Positions 43,700-53,426 of a stretch of 64,000 nucleotides of DNA are shown here, piece after piece. Each line of letters begins with the position of its first letter. Position 1 is the stretch's first letter. The DNA lies in the NCBI GenBank assembly GCA_963700145.1, contig OY969474.1, forward strand, positions 2,400,001 through 2,464,000, given 5' to 3'. The stretch is from an uncultured Acidobacteriota bacterium. Lineage in GTDB: Bacteria; Acidobacteriota; Thermoanaerobaculia; Multivoradales; UBA5704. The notes beneath the pieces were generated by a model, which was not told the DNA's origin, did not search any database, and saw only the letters and a list, made by a program, of their open reading frames with translations. A program made the translations under genes and the position numbers.

Positions 43700-43725
43700 T
43701 CCGAGCGCAGCGAGGAATCTGGGGG
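43694..43725. repeat. single REP-like unit overlapping the lptD start
   Basis: tgtcattccgagcgcagcgaggaatctggggg, same family as 40260 and 45261. Confidence 0.85.
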
Positions 43726-43752
43726 CAGGCTGCCTGACAGCGACCATCTGCC

Positions 43753-44937
43753 TCACGCGTCGAGCCTCTCAACCACCATCGCCGTCGCCTCGCCGCCGCC
43801 GATGCAGATCGCGGCGCAGCCGGTCCTGGCGCCGCGCTCGCGCAGGGCGTGGAGGAGGGTGACCAGGATGCGCGCCCCCGAGCTGCCGATGGGGTGGCCG
43901 AGGGCGACCGCCCCGCCACGGACGTTGACCCGCGCGGGGTCGAGCCCGAGGTCGCGGATGAAGGCCAGCGCCACGACCGCGAAGGCCTCGTTGACCTCCC
44001 AGAGGTCGATGTCGGCCGCCTTCATGCCGGCCCGCTCGAGGACCACCTTGACCGCCCCGGCCGGCGCGGTGGTGAACCACTCCGGCTTCTGGGCCAGCGA
44101 GGCGTGGGCGACGATGCGCGCCAGCGGCTTCTTCCCCAGCGCCGCGGCGTGGGCGGCGGTGGTCAGCACCAGGGCGGCGGCGCCGTCGTTGATCTTGCTG
44201 GCGTTGCCGGCGGTGACGGTGCCGTCCTTCTGGAAGGCGGGGCGGAGGCCGCCGATTCGCGACAGGTCCGCCTTGAAGGGCTCCTCGTCGCGATCGACCG
44301 GGGTGCCCTCCCCCTTCTTGCCGGGAACGGTCACCGGCACGATCTCCTCGGCCGAGAGCCCGCGCTCGGTGGCCTCGCGGGCGCGGCGGTAGCTCTCGAG
44401 GGCGAAGGCGTCCTGCTCCTCGCGCGAGACGGCGTACTCGCGCACGCAGAGCTCGGCGCAGTTGCCCATGTGGAGGTCGTTGTAGGGGTCCCAGAGGCCG
44501 TCGTGGATGACGGAGTCGATGAGCTTGCCGTGCCCGAGCCGCAGGCCCTCGCGCGCCCCGGGGGCGAGGTAGGGGGCCTGGCTCATGCTCTCCATGCCGC
44601 CGGCGGCGACGATCCGGAAGTCGCCGCAGCGCAGGTCGTTGGCGGCGATCATGACGGCGCGCATCGCCGAGCCGCAGACTTTGTTGAGGGTGACGGCCCC
44701 GGTCGCGGGCGGGCAGCCGGCGCCGAGGGCGGCCTGGCGGGCGGGGGCTTGGCCCTGGCCGGCGGTGAGGACGCAGCCCATGTTGACTTGCTGGATGTCC
44801 GCGGGGGTCAAGCCGGCGCGCTCGATGGCAGCGGCGAGAGCGCGGGCGCCCAGGACGTGCGCGGGGAGGGCCGCGAGCGTCCCCTGAAAAGCGCCGATCG
44901 GGGTACGCACGGCGCTCAGGATGACGACGTCGTCCAA
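43753..44937 (-). CDS. acetyl-CoA C-acyltransferase (thiolase)
   Basis: RTPIG, NKVCGS, GGMESMS, NASKINDGAA, NEAFA, GHPIG, CIGGG; TTG start after GAGG. Confidence 0.93.
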   Translation of the reverse strand: MDDVVILSAVRTPIGAFQGTLAALPAHVLGARALAAAIERAGLTPADIQQVNMGCVLTAGQGQAPARQAALGAGCPPATGAVTLNKVCGSAMRAVMIAANDLRCGDFRIVAAGGMESMSQAPYLAPGAREGLRLGHGKLIDSVIHDGLWDPYNDLHMGNCAELCVREYAVSREEQDAFALESYRRAREATERGLSAEEIVPVTVPGKKGEGTPVDRDEEPFKADLSRIGGLRPAFQKDGTVTAGNASKINDGAAALVLTTAAHAAALGKKPLARIVAHASLAQKPEWFTTAPAGAVKVVLERAGMKAADIDLWEVNEAFAVVALAFIRDLGLDPARVNVRGGAVALGHPIGSSGARILVTLLHALRERGARTGCAAICIGGGEATAMVVERLDA

Positions 44938-45260
44938 TTGGGGTTCCTCGGTCGGAAGTTCGGACGTTCGGACGGGATCTACGGCCGGCTCGGGAAAATC
45001 GTAGCACACGCTTTCCCCCCGCCCGCCCGCGCTTGATCGACCGTTCCGGTGTGGGGTCCCGCAGGTCTCCTCCGCGCCGGGCGCTCCTTGATGTCCGCGC
45101 TTCGCGTGCTGGTACAGAGGCGCCTTGCCGGCAAACACGGTCTTGCCTTCGCCGCCTCGCACGGTGGACTGCGAGGGGGAGCGGACGGAGCGCCCGGCGC
45201 TCCAGAGATCCTGCGGGCCCTAGAACCGGCGGTGGAGCCACTGCTCCGATGGTGGCCCTT

Positions 45261-45365
45261 TGTCATCCCGAGCGAGAGCGAGGGATCTGGGGGCAGGGCG
45301 GCGCGAAGACAGTCCAGCATCGCGCCGCCCCCCGTCCAGATCCTTCGCTCTCGCTCAGGATGACA
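45261..45365. repeat. REP/REPIN-like inverted repeat pair
   Basis: tgtcatcccgagcgagagcgagggatctgg ... ccagatccttcgctctcgctcaggatgaca. Confidence 0.9.
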
Positions 45366-45424
45366 AGGAAGCGTCGTTTCTTGTGGGCGGGGGCCGTCGT
45401 TACTTCAGAGATTCGAGTCATGGC

Positions 45425-45596
45425 GCCGCGTGATGTGCCGGGCCAGAGGCCCGCGAAGCGGCGCGTTCGGGTGAGGGGGCCACCGCCGTACGCGAACGAA
45501 GCCGACTTGACTCATCCGCCACTGCGTCCTCCAACCAGGAACCCGCGAAGCGGGCGCGCCTCTTCGCGGGCCGGGTGGCCCGGCATCTCACGCGGC
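45425..45596. other. long rod-like inverted-repeat element (candidate ncRNA or MITE)
   Basis: gccgcgtgatgtgccgggcca pairs with tggcccggcatctcacgcggc; inner ggcccgcgaag pairs with cttcgcgggcc. Confidence 0.55.
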
Positions 45597-45655
45597 ACTA
45601 TCCGCCCCGCGCGGAAAAGGGCGGGGGGAAGGGCCGACGTAGAATCCGGGCGGCG

Positions 45656-46075
45656 ATGCGCACCCTGGGGATCGATTTCGGCGAGAAGCGGGTGGGGTTG
45701 GCGATTTCGGACCCCGAGGGCCGGGTGGCGGTGCCGCTGGAGACTTTGGGGAGGACGAGCGACGCGGCGGTGGTCGCGGCGATCGCGGCGCTGGCGCGGC
45801 GGGAGGGGGTGGAGAGGCTGGTGGTCGGCGAGCCGGTGGGGCTCGACGGGGTGCGCGGGGCGGCGGCGGAGCGGGCTCGGCGGTTCGCCGCCAAGCTCGG
45901 CGCCGCGACCGGACTGCCTTGCGAGATGGTCGACGAAGCCCTGACCAGCGTCGAGGCCGAAGCGCGGCTCCGGGCCGCCGGGGTCGACCCGCGCCGCCGT
46001 CCCGACCGCATCGACGCCGTCGCCGCCCAGATCCTCCTCCAGGAAGCCCTCGACCGGGCGGCCGCCCGGCAATGA
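45656..46075 (+). CDS. ruvX: Holliday junction resolvase RuvX / YqgF
   Basis: LGIDFGEKRVGLAISD, VVGEP, VDEALTS, IDAVAAQILLQ. Confidence 0.93.
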   Translation: MRTLGIDFGEKRVGLAISDPEGRVAVPLETLGRTSDAAVVAAIAALARREGVERLVVGEPVGLDGVRGAAAERARRFAAKLGAATGLPCEMVDEALTSVEAEARLRAAGVDPRRRPDRIDAVAAQILLQEALDRAAARQ

Positions 46076-47178
46076 GCCCGCGGCGCCGGGCCGCCCCGGC
46101 GAAGAAAACCAAGACACCCCGCAAGAAACGCATGAAACCGCGCTTCGCCCTCGGCCTCGGCCTCCTGCTCCTGCTCGCCGCCGTGCCGGCGACGGCGGTG
46201 CTCTGGTCCTGGTGGCGGCTCAACCAGCCCTACCGCGGCTTCCCCGGCAGCGAGAAGACCGTCCTCGTCGAGCCCGGCATGGGCGCGGCCGAGATCCTCG
46301 TCCTCCTCGAGCGCGAGGGGGTGCTGGCCGACGCCCGGCTGGCCCGCGCCTACCTGGTCTACGCCCTCGGCGACCCGCCGATCCTGGCCGGCGAGTACCT
46401 CTTCGACGAGCCCGCCTCGGCGCCGGCGGTGCTGCGCAAGCTGGTCGAGGGGGACGTCGTCTCGGTGCGCGCGACCCTGATCGAGGGGCTGACCCTCGAG
46501 GAGAGCGCCCGCGCCCTCGCCGACCGCGGGCTGGGTGGCTACGACGAGCTGGTCGCCGTCATGCGCGATCCGGCGCCGATCGCCGACCTCGACCCCGAGG
46601 CCCCCGACCTCGAGGGCTACCTCTTCCCCGAGACCTACACCTTCGCCAAGGGGACTCCGCCCGCGGAGGTGGTGCAGACCCTGGTCGACACCTTCCGCGC
46701 CCGCTGGCGGGAGGAGGTGGCGCCGCGCGCCGGCGCCGCCGGTGCGGGGAACGTCCGCGAGCTGGTCACCCTGGCCTCGATCGTCGAGAAGGAGGCCAAG
46801 ATCCCCGGCGAGCGGCCGACGATCGCCGGCGTCTATCAAAACCGCCTCCAACGCGGCATCGGCCTCTTCGCCGACCCGACGGTGATCTACGCCCTGAAGC
46901 GCCAGGGGCGCTGGGACGGCAACCTCCGCCGCCGCGACCTGCAGATGGACTCCCCCTACAACACCTACCGCTACGCCGGACTCCCGCCCGGCCCGATCTG
47001 CTCCCCCGGCCTCGCCAGCCTCCTCGCCGCCGCCCGCCCGTCGCCGGTCGACTATCTCTACTTCGTCAGCCGCAACGACGGCACCCACGTCTTCGCGGCG
47101 ACCGTGGCCGAGCACAACGCCAACGTCGAGCGCTGGCAGCGCCGCTTCTGGCGCGAGCGGCGAGCGCCAAGTCGCTGA
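46072..47178 (+). CDS. mltG: endolytic transglycosylase MltG
   Basis: AGEY, LEGYLFPETY, LASIVEKE, ADPTVIY, SPYNTY...GLPPGPICSPG, YLYFVS. Confidence 0.94.
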   Translation: MSPRRRAAPAKKTKTPRKKRMKPRFALGLGLLLLLAAVPATAVLWSWWRLNQPYRGFPGSEKTVLVEPGMGAAEILVLLEREGVLADARLARAYLVYALGDPPILAGEYLFDEPASAPAVLRKLVEGDVVSVRATLIEGLTLEESARALADRGLGGYDELVAVMRDPAPIADLDPEAPDLEGYLFPETYTFAKGTPPAEVVQTLVDTFRARWREEVAPRAGAAGAGNVRELVTLASIVEKEAKIPGERPTIAGVYQNRLQRGIGLFADPTVIYALKRQGRWDGNLRRRDLQMDSPYNTYRYAGLPPGPICSPGLASLLAAARPSPVDYLYFVSRNDGTHVFAATVAEHNANVERWQRRFWRERRAPSR

Positions 47179-47207
47179 CTTGCCAAGGGCTTGACGTGCA
47201 AGTCTTG

Positions 47208-47237
47208 TTGACACCGGGGGTTGCCAGGGTGTATCTA
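47208..47237 (+). promoter_or_regulatory. putative sigma70-type promoter
   Basis: TTGACA at 47208, 18-nt spacer, weak -10 TATCTA, in a locally AT-richer gap before the kinase-TonB gene. Confidence 0.45.
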
Positions 47238-47328
47238 GATCTCACAATTCCCGACACACCGCCGTAGCCCGGAAGCCGTCCCCCGTGTAGGCCGACGCCG
47301 GAACCGGCGAGGGGCCCGCGAAGGAGAC

Positions 47329-49308
47329 GTGATGCAGATCCCGGAAGAGTTTGGTCAGTATCTCCTCCTCAAGAAGCTCACCGAAGACTCTCTGGGAGAG
47401 ACGTTCCGCGCCGGCAAGGTGGGGCGCGACGGGCTCGAGCGGGTCGTCCTGCTGCGCGTCTTCAACGGCCGGGGCCTCGACGCCGAGGGTTTCGCCCAGC
47501 GGCTCGGCGCGCGGACGCCGGTGCAGCAGGCGCTGCGCAGCCCCAACATCGGCAGCGGCGTCGACGTCGGCCGGGTGCGCAACTACAGCTACGTCGCCTA
47601 CGACTACATCTCGGGCAAGAACCTGGCGACCCTCGCCGCGCAGGCGACGAAGGCCCGCCTCCCCATCCCCCCAGACCACGCCCTGCTGATCGTCGAGCGC
47701 CTGGCGCTCGCCGTCGCGGTGGCCTACGAGAGCCGCGTCGAGGACGAGCGGGTGCTGCACGGCTTCGTGGTGCCGCACCTGGTCATGGTCTCCAACGAAG
47801 GGGAGACGCGCCTCCTCGGCTTCGAGGCCGCCCCCGGGCTGCGCGAGGCCGCGGCCGCCGGCGCCTTCGGGCCGGAGGTCACCCGCTACCTCGCCCCCGA
47901 GGCCCTGACCTCGGCGGCGGTGGCCAAGAACGACGACGTCTGGTCGCTCGCTGCGATCCTCTTCGAGCTGCTGACCGGCGAGCCGCTGCCGGCGCCGCCG
48001 CCCGGCGGCTACGGCGCGCTCGTCGACGCCGCCACCCTCGCCCAGGAGGGGGGCGCGCTGGCGGCGCCGATCGCGGCGCTGCTCAAGAAGAGCCTGGTGC
48101 CGCGGGCCGAGCGCGTCGCCGACGTCGTCTCCTGGCACAAGGCGCTGTCCAAGCTGATGATCGACGGCCAGTACAGCCCGACCACCTTCAACCTCGCCTT
48201 CTTCATGCACAACCTCTTCCGCGACGAGATCGAGCGCGAGGGCCAGGAGCTGCAGGCCGAGCGCAAGCTCGACCTCTCCGAGCGGGTGGTGCGGGCGGCC
48301 CACGCGCCGGCCGCCGCGGCCGCCGCCGCCTTCGACACCCGCGAGCAGACCGGGGTGCGGCAGGCGCCGGTCAAGGAAGGGACGGGCGTCTACGCCTACG
48401 GCACCGCCGCCGCGGCCGCGGCGCCGAAGCGCTCGAAGACGCCGCTCTGGATCGGCCTCGCAGCGGCGCTGCTGCTCGCCGCCGGCGCCGGCGGCTGGCT
48501 GCTCTACGCGCGCGACGCCGACGGCAAGCCCGGGCCGCGCGAGGCCCGCAACGCCGCGGCACCGCCCGTCCGCCCCAAGGCGGCCGCGGCGACTCCGACG
48601 CAGGCGCAGATCCAGGCCCAGATCAACGCCATGATCGAGCAGCGCAGCAAGGAGATGGAGGACAAGTACCGGGCGCAGACCGACGAGCAGATCCGCGCCC
48701 TCCAGAAGCAGCTCGAGGAGAGCCGCCGCGCCGCCGCCTCGGCCGCGCTGGCGAAGGACGAGCGCCCCGCCCCCGCCGCGGCCAGCGCCCCGCCCGAGCC
48801 CAAGCCCGCGGTGCGCACCGCCGCCGCCGAGCCCGAGCCGAGCGCGGCGGACGCCGCCGAGGCCCGGGCGGCGGCGCAACAGCCGACGCAGCAGGCCGCC
48901 GCCCCCGTGCCGGCCGTCGATCGCGGCGGCGCGGCCGCCGCCGACACCACCGCGCCGGCGTCCACCGCCGCCGTCCCCGAGCCCGCGCCGGCGGCGCCGG
49001 AGGTGCGGGTCGGCGACCTGGTGAGCGGCGGCACCGGCGTCATCCCGCCGCAGCGGGTGAGCGACCTGCGGGCGGTCTACCCGCGCGCCGCCGAGCGCTT
49101 CGGCAAGACCGCGACGGTCAACGTGCGAGTGCTGGTGGACGAGAACGGCAAGGTGGCCCAGGCCGAGCGGATCGGCAACAAGGTCGGCTTCGGCTTCGAC
49201 GAGGCCGCCGTAGACGCCGCGCGGAGGGTGAACTTCCGCGCGGCCACCAAGGACGGCGTCCGGGTCAAGATGTGGCACACGCTGCGCGTCGACTTCAAGC
49301 AGCCGTAA
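47329..49308 (+). CDS. Ser/Thr kinase-like (degenerate) domain - TM - TonB C-terminal domain protein
   Basis: [28 protein letters not shown]; [23 protein letters not shown]; YP..A...[26 protein letters not shown]. Confidence 0.85.
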   Translation: MMQIPEEFGQYLLLKKLTEDSLGETFRAGKVGRDGLERVVLLRVFNGRGLDAEGFAQRLGARTPVQQALRSPNIGSGVDVGRVRNYSYVAYDYISGKNLATLAAQATKARLPIPPDHALLIVERLALAVAVAYESRVEDERVLHGFVVPHLVMVSNEGETRLLGFEAAPGLREAAAAGAFGPEVTRYLAPEALTSAAVAKNDDVWSLAAILFELLTGEPLPAPPPGGYGALVDAATLAQEGGALAAPIAALLKKSLVPRAERVADVVSWHKALSKLMIDGQYSPTTFNLAFFMHNLFRDEIEREGQELQAERKLDLSERVVRAAHAPAAAAAAAFDTREQTGVRQAPVKEGTGVYAYGTAAAAAAPKRSKTPLWIGLAAALLLAAGAGGWLLYARDADGKPGPREARNAAAPPVRPKAAAATPTQAQIQAQINAMIEQRSKEMEDKYRAQTDEQIRALQKQLEESRRAAASAALAKDERPAPAAASAPPEPKPAVRTAAAEPEPSAADAAEARAAAQQPTQQAAAPVPAVDRGGAAAADTTAPASTAAVPEPAPAAPEVRVGDLVSGGTGVIPPQRVSDLRAVYPRAAERFGKTATVNVRVLVDENGKVAQAERIGNKVGFGFDEAAVDAARRVNFRAATKDGVRVKMWHTLRVDFKQP

Positions 49309-49318
49309 CGGGGAGGGC

Positions 49319-50497
49319 ATGCACGAAGCGCTGATCCTGGCCGGCCTCTCGGCGGCGGTCGCCGGCCTCATCACCAACCTGCTGGTCCCCTTCGCCGCCA
49401 AGGTGGCGGTGGCGATCCGGGCGGTCGACCACCCCGGCGACCGCAAGCTCCAGGGGTGGCCGGTGCCGCGGCTCGGCGGCCTCGCCATCGTCCTCGGGCT
49501 GGGGCTCTCGGCCGGCAGCCTCCTCCTCTCGCGCTGGGCCGAGTGGGGCGCCCAGGTCGGCCGCTCCCAGATCATCGCCCTCGCCGTCGCCACCAGCATG
49601 GTCTTCCTGGTCGGCCTGGTGGACGACGTCATGGGGGTGAGCACGGCCAAGAAGTTCCTGGTGCAGCTCGCCGCGGCGGCGCTGATGGTGCGCATCGGCT
49701 GGTCGTTCGAGGTGATGCGGCTCCCGGGCTTGGGCGAGATCGAGCTCGGCATGTTCGGCCAGCTCGTCTCGCTGATCTGGATCGTCGGGGTGACCAACGC
49801 CATCAACCTGATCGACGGCCTCGACGGGCTGGCCGGCGGGGTGGTGGCGATCATCTCGGGGAGCCTGCTGACCTACTCGGTGCTCCTCGGCAACCCGCAC
49901 ACCGTGATCCTCATGGGGGCGATCGCCGGCGCCTGCCTGGGCTTCCTGCGCCACAACTGGGCGCCGGCCCGCATCTTCATGGGCGACTCGGGGTCGCTGA
50001 CCCTGGGGTTCCTGCTCGGCGTGATGACCGTCCACTCGACGTTCAAGGCGCCGGCGGCGGTGGCCATCCTGGTGCCGATCCTGGCGCTCGGCGTGCCGGT
50101 GATCGACACGCTGCTGGTCATGGGAGTGCGCTTCCTCGACCGCCCCAAGGGGGCGCACGCCGAGGGCTTCCTGCGCATGTTCCGCGCCGACCGCAACCAC
50201 CTCCACCACCTCCTCCAGCACGTGCGCGGCAGCCGCACCGGCGTGGTGGCGACGATCTACGCGGTCGTGCTCGGCTCTTGCGCCGCGGCGCTGCTGGTGG
50301 CGGTGAGCGGCGACGCGCTGCTCGGGCTGGTGCTGCTGGCCGTCGAGTTCCTCGCCCTCTTCGGCATCCGCCGCCTCGGCATGGCCCGCGAAGCCGCCAA
50401 GCTCGCCCAACAGCAGCGCGCCGACATCGCCCGCCGCCTCGCCGGGCCCGAGGACGACGAAGCCGGCGAAGCGGCGGTGCTACGGTTCGGGCGGTAA
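49319..50497 (+). CDS. MraY/WecA/TagO family undecaprenyl-phosphate sugar-1-phosphate transferase
   Basis: [41 protein letters not shown]. Confidence 0.92.
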   Translation: MHEALILAGLSAAVAGLITNLLVPFAAKVAVAIRAVDHPGDRKLQGWPVPRLGGLAIVLGLGLSAGSLLLSRWAEWGAQVGRSQIIALAVATSMVFLVGLVDDVMGVSTAKKFLVQLAAAALMVRIGWSFEVMRLPGLGEIELGMFGQLVSLIWIVGVTNAINLIDGLDGLAGGVVAIISGSLLTYSVLLGNPHTVILMGAIAGACLGFLRHNWAPARIFMGDSGSLTLGFLLGVMTVHSTFKAPAAVAILVPILALGVPVIDTLLVMGVRFLDRPKGAHAEGFLRMFRADRNHLHHLLQHVRGSRTGVVATIYAVVLGSCAAALLVAVSGDALLGLVLLAVEFLALFGIRRLGMAREAAKLAQQQRADIARRLAGPEDDEAGEAAVLRFGR

Positions 50498-50503
50498 GAC
50501 CTG

Positions 50504-50600
50504 CCCCCAGATCATTCGCTGCGCTCAGGATGACGTCGTAAATTCATCGCGGGCACAGCCCACGCCGTCATCCTGAGCGAAGCGAAGGATCTGGGCGGGG
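50504..50600. repeat. REP/REPIN-like inverted repeat pair between convergent genes (may also act as terminator)
   Basis: cccagatcattcgctgcgctcaggatgac ... gtcatcctgagcgaagcgaaggatctggg. Confidence 0.9.
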
Positions 50601-50613
50601 GAACGCGCAGTCG

Positions 50614-52278
50614 CTACGTCTGCAGCACGCCGGTCTTGAACTCCGGGATCTCCGGGTTGTTGGCGACCGCGGCGAGGGAGCGGGTGAGGACATCGCGGGT
50701 CTCGGCGGGGTCCAACAGGGCATCGACCCAGAGGCGGGCGGCGGCGTAGCGGGGGTCCATGGCGCCGGCGTAGCGGGCCTGGATCTCGGTCAGGCGCCGC
50801 GCCTTTTCCTCCTCGGAGACGTCGTCGCCGCGGTTCTTGAGCTGGATGCCGAGCAGCGTCTTGCTCGCCTGGTCCCCGCCCATGACCGCGATCGCCGCCG
50901 ACGGCCAGGCGTAGAGGAACCGCGGGCCGTAGGCCTTGCCGCACATCGCGTAGTTGCCGGCGCCGTAGGAGTTGCCGACGAAGAGCGTCAGCTTCGGCAC
51001 CGTCGAGTTGGCGACCGCGTTCACCATCTTGGCGCCGTCCTTGATGATGCCGCCGCGCTCGGCACGGCTCCCCACCATGAAGCCGGTCACGTCCTGGAGG
51101 AAGACGAGCGGCAGCCTCTTCTGGTTGCACAGCTCGACGAAGCGCGCCCCCTTGTCGGCCGAGTCCGAGTAGATGACGCCGCCGATCTGCAGCTCCTTGT
51201 CCGACTCGCCGGTGCCGGTGCGCCGGGCCACGATCGAGCGCTGGTTGGCCACGATCCCTACCGCCCAGCCACCGATCCAGCCGGTGCCGCAGATCAGCGT
51301 CCGGCCGTAGGTCGCCTTGTACTCGTCGAGCTCGCTGCCGTCGAGGAGGCGCGCCAGCAGCTCGTAGGTGTCGTAGGGGCGCGTGCGGTCGACCGGCACG
51401 ACGCCGTACAGCTCCTCGGCCGGGTAGAGCGGCGGGCGCGGCTCCCGCCGCGCGAAAGGCGCCATCTCGCCGCGCGCGAGCTGCGCGAACTGGCTGCGGA
51501 TCTTCTCGAGGCAGGCGGCGTCGTCCGGGTGGCGGTGGTCGACGACCCCCGAGACGTCGCACTGCACGACCGCCCCGCCCAGCTCCTCGTTCTCGACCTT
51601 CTCGCCGATCGCCGCCCGCACCAGGTGCGAGCCGGCGAGGAAGATCGAGCCGGTCCCTTCGACGATGTGCGCCTCGTCGCTCATGATCGGCAGGTAGGCG
51701 CCGCCGGCGACGCAGGAGCCCATGATGGCGGCCATCTGGAAGACACCCTCGGCCGACAGCCGCGCGTTGTTGAAGAAGATCCGCCCGTAGTGCTCGCGGT
51801 CGGGGAAGATCTCGTCCTGCATCGGCAGGAAGACCCCGGCCGAGTCCACCAGGTAGACGATCGGCAGCCGGTTCTCGAGCGCCATCTCCTGGAGGCGCAG
51901 GACCTTCTTGATGCCGAGCGGGAACTTCGCGCCGGCCTTGACCGTGGCGTCGTCAGCCACGACCAGCACGTCGCGGCCGTGGATGGCGCCGATTCCCGCC
52001 ACCACCCCCGCGGCGGGCGCGCCGCCGTGCTCTTCGTAGAGGCCGTGCGCGGCCCACAGGCCCAGCTCGAGGAAGGGCGCGCCGGGGTCGCAGAGCGCCG
52101 CCACCCGCTCGCGCGCCGTCATCTTGCCCTGCGCGCGCTGCCGCTGCTGCCCCTTCTCGCCGCCGCCGAGCATGAGGCGCGCCTCCTCCTCGCGCAGCCG
52201 CGCCACGGCCTCGCGCCAGTGCGCGGCGCGGCGGCGGAAGGCGTCGTCCTGCTGCAGGCGGCTCTCGAGGACGGTCAC
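50614..52278 (-). CDS. acyl-CoA carboxylase beta subunit (methylcrotonoyl-CoA carboxylase-like)
   Basis: GKMTARER, DATVKAG, LVDSAG..LP.Q, MGSCVAGGAY, QDVTGFMVG, SYGAGNYAMCG. Confidence 0.93.
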   Translation of the reverse strand: MTVLESRLQQDDAFRRRAAHWREAVARLREEEARLMLGGGEKGQQRQRAQGKMTARERVAALCDPGAPFLELGLWAAHGLYEEHGGAPAAGVVAGIGAIHGRDVLVVADDATVKAGAKFPLGIKKVLRLQEMALENRLPIVYLVDSAGVFLPMQDEIFPDREHYGRIFFNNARLSAEGVFQMAAIMGSCVAGGAYLPIMSDEAHIVEGTGSIFLAGSHLVRAAIGEKVENEELGGAVVQCDVSGVVDHRHPDDAACLEKIRSQFAQLARGEMAPFARREPRPPLYPAEELYGVVPVDRTRPYDTYELLARLLDGSELDEYKATYGRTLICGTGWIGGWAVGIVANQRSIVARRTGTGESDKELQIGGVIYSDSADKGARFVELCNQKRLPLVFLQDVTGFMVGSRAERGGIIKDGAKMVNAVANSTVPKLTLFVGNSYGAGNYAMCGKAYGPRFLYAWPSAAIAVMGGDQASKTLLGIQLKNRGDDVSEEEKARRLTEIQARYAGAMDPRYAAARLWVDALLDPAETRDVLTRSLAAVANNPEIPEFKTGVLQT

Positions 52279-52425
52279 GGGCGGCGATTGTAGCGCCCGG
52301 CCTACGTGCCGGGCGTCGCGGCCGGCGCGCCGGCACGGACTGGCCCCGATCTTGCTCCTGTCCAAAGTGCGGCGCGGCGCACGTGCGGCGCGCCACCCCA
52401 CGAACTTAGGGAAAGGAGTCCAGCG

Positions 52426-52647
52426 ATGAACGACGACGTGTTCGAGGGCCGATGGAAGCAGGTCAAGGGCGACGTCAAGCGCGCCTGGGGCAAGCTCACC
52501 GACGACGACCTGGACAAGGCCGAGGGCAACCGCGAGAAGCTCGTGGGCGCCCTGCAGGAGCGGTACGGCTGGGAGAAGACCCACGCCGAAGGCGAGTTCG
52601 ACCGCTTCATCGAGTCGGTCCGCACCCCCGCCGGCACCAGCCGGTAA
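52426..52647 (+). CDS. CsbD family stress protein
   Basis: MNDDVFEGRWKQVKG...WGKLTDDDL...LVGALQERYG; AAGGAG RBS. Confidence 0.92.
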   Translation: MNDDVFEGRWKQVKGDVKRAWGKLTDDDLDKAEGNREKLVGALQERYGWEKTHAEGEFDRFIESVRTPAGTSR

Positions 52648-52715
52648 TAGCGTTAGCTTCCCGTTCCCGGCGGCGCGGCCAGCGTGCCGCGCCGCCGGGC
52701 CTGTAACATCCCCGC

Positions 52716-53426
52716 GTGCACATCCGCCTCCTCGCTTTCGCCAGCGCCGGCGACGCGCTCGGCGCCGGAGAGCTCGAGGTCGAGCTGCCGGACGGCAGCC
52801 GCCTCGCCGACCTGCGCGCGCTCCTGGCGCGCGACCACCCGGCGCTCGCACCGCTCTGGCCGCGGCTGGCGGTGGCGATCGACGGCCGGCTGGCGGCGCC
52901 CGACGAGGCGCTCCCCGACGGCGCCGAGGTGGCTCTGCTGCCGCCGGTGTCCGGTGGATCGGGAGGATCGGAGGGGGCGTCCGCTTCAGCCGCGGAGCTG
53001 GTGGACGGCCCGCTCGACGTGGACGCCGTCGTGGGCCGGGTGAGCGGCCCCGACCGCGGCGCCGTCGTCGTTTTCCTCGGCACGGTACGCGACCGCCACG
53101 CCGGCCGCGCCGTGGAACGCCTCACCTACTCCGCCTACCGTCCGATGGCCGAGTCCCGCCTCCGCGCCATCACCGCCGACCTCGCCGCCGCCGCGCCCGG
53201 CGTCCGGGTGGCGATCGCCCACCGCCTCGGCGAGGTGCCGGTCGGCGAGCCGAGCGTCGTCATCGCCGTCGCCTCCCCCCACCGCGCCGCCGCCTACGAA
53301 GCCAGCCGCGCCGCCCTGGAGCGGCTGAAGACCGAGGTCCCGATCTGGAAACGCGAGCACTACGCCGGCGGCGAGGCGGCGTGGCGGGAGGAGGAGGCGC
53401 TTACCGCCGCCCGGGAAACGGGTTAG
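52716..53426 (+). CDS. fused molybdopterin synthase MoaD-MoaE
   Basis: ubiquitin-like domain ending LLPPVSGG followed in frame by GAVVVFLGTVR, HRLG, SPHR.AAY, LK.EVPIWKRE. Confidence 0.92.
   Translation: MHIRLLAFASAGDALGAGELEVELPDGSRLADLRALLARDHPALAPLWPRLAVAIDGRLAAPDEALPDGAEVALLPPVSGGSGGSEGASASAAELVDGPLDVDAVVGRVSGPDRGAVVVFLGTVRDRHAGRAVERLTYSAYRPMAESRLRAITADLAAAAPGVRVAIAHRLGEVPVGEPSVVIAVASPHRAAAYEASRAALERLKTEVPIWKREHYAGGEAAWREEEALTAARETG

Noticed and set aside
45008-45185. Possible 6S RNA or riboswitch upstream of the thiolase
   Set aside because: Only short local hairpins could be paired by eye and no recognisable consensus was found; would need an Rfam scan
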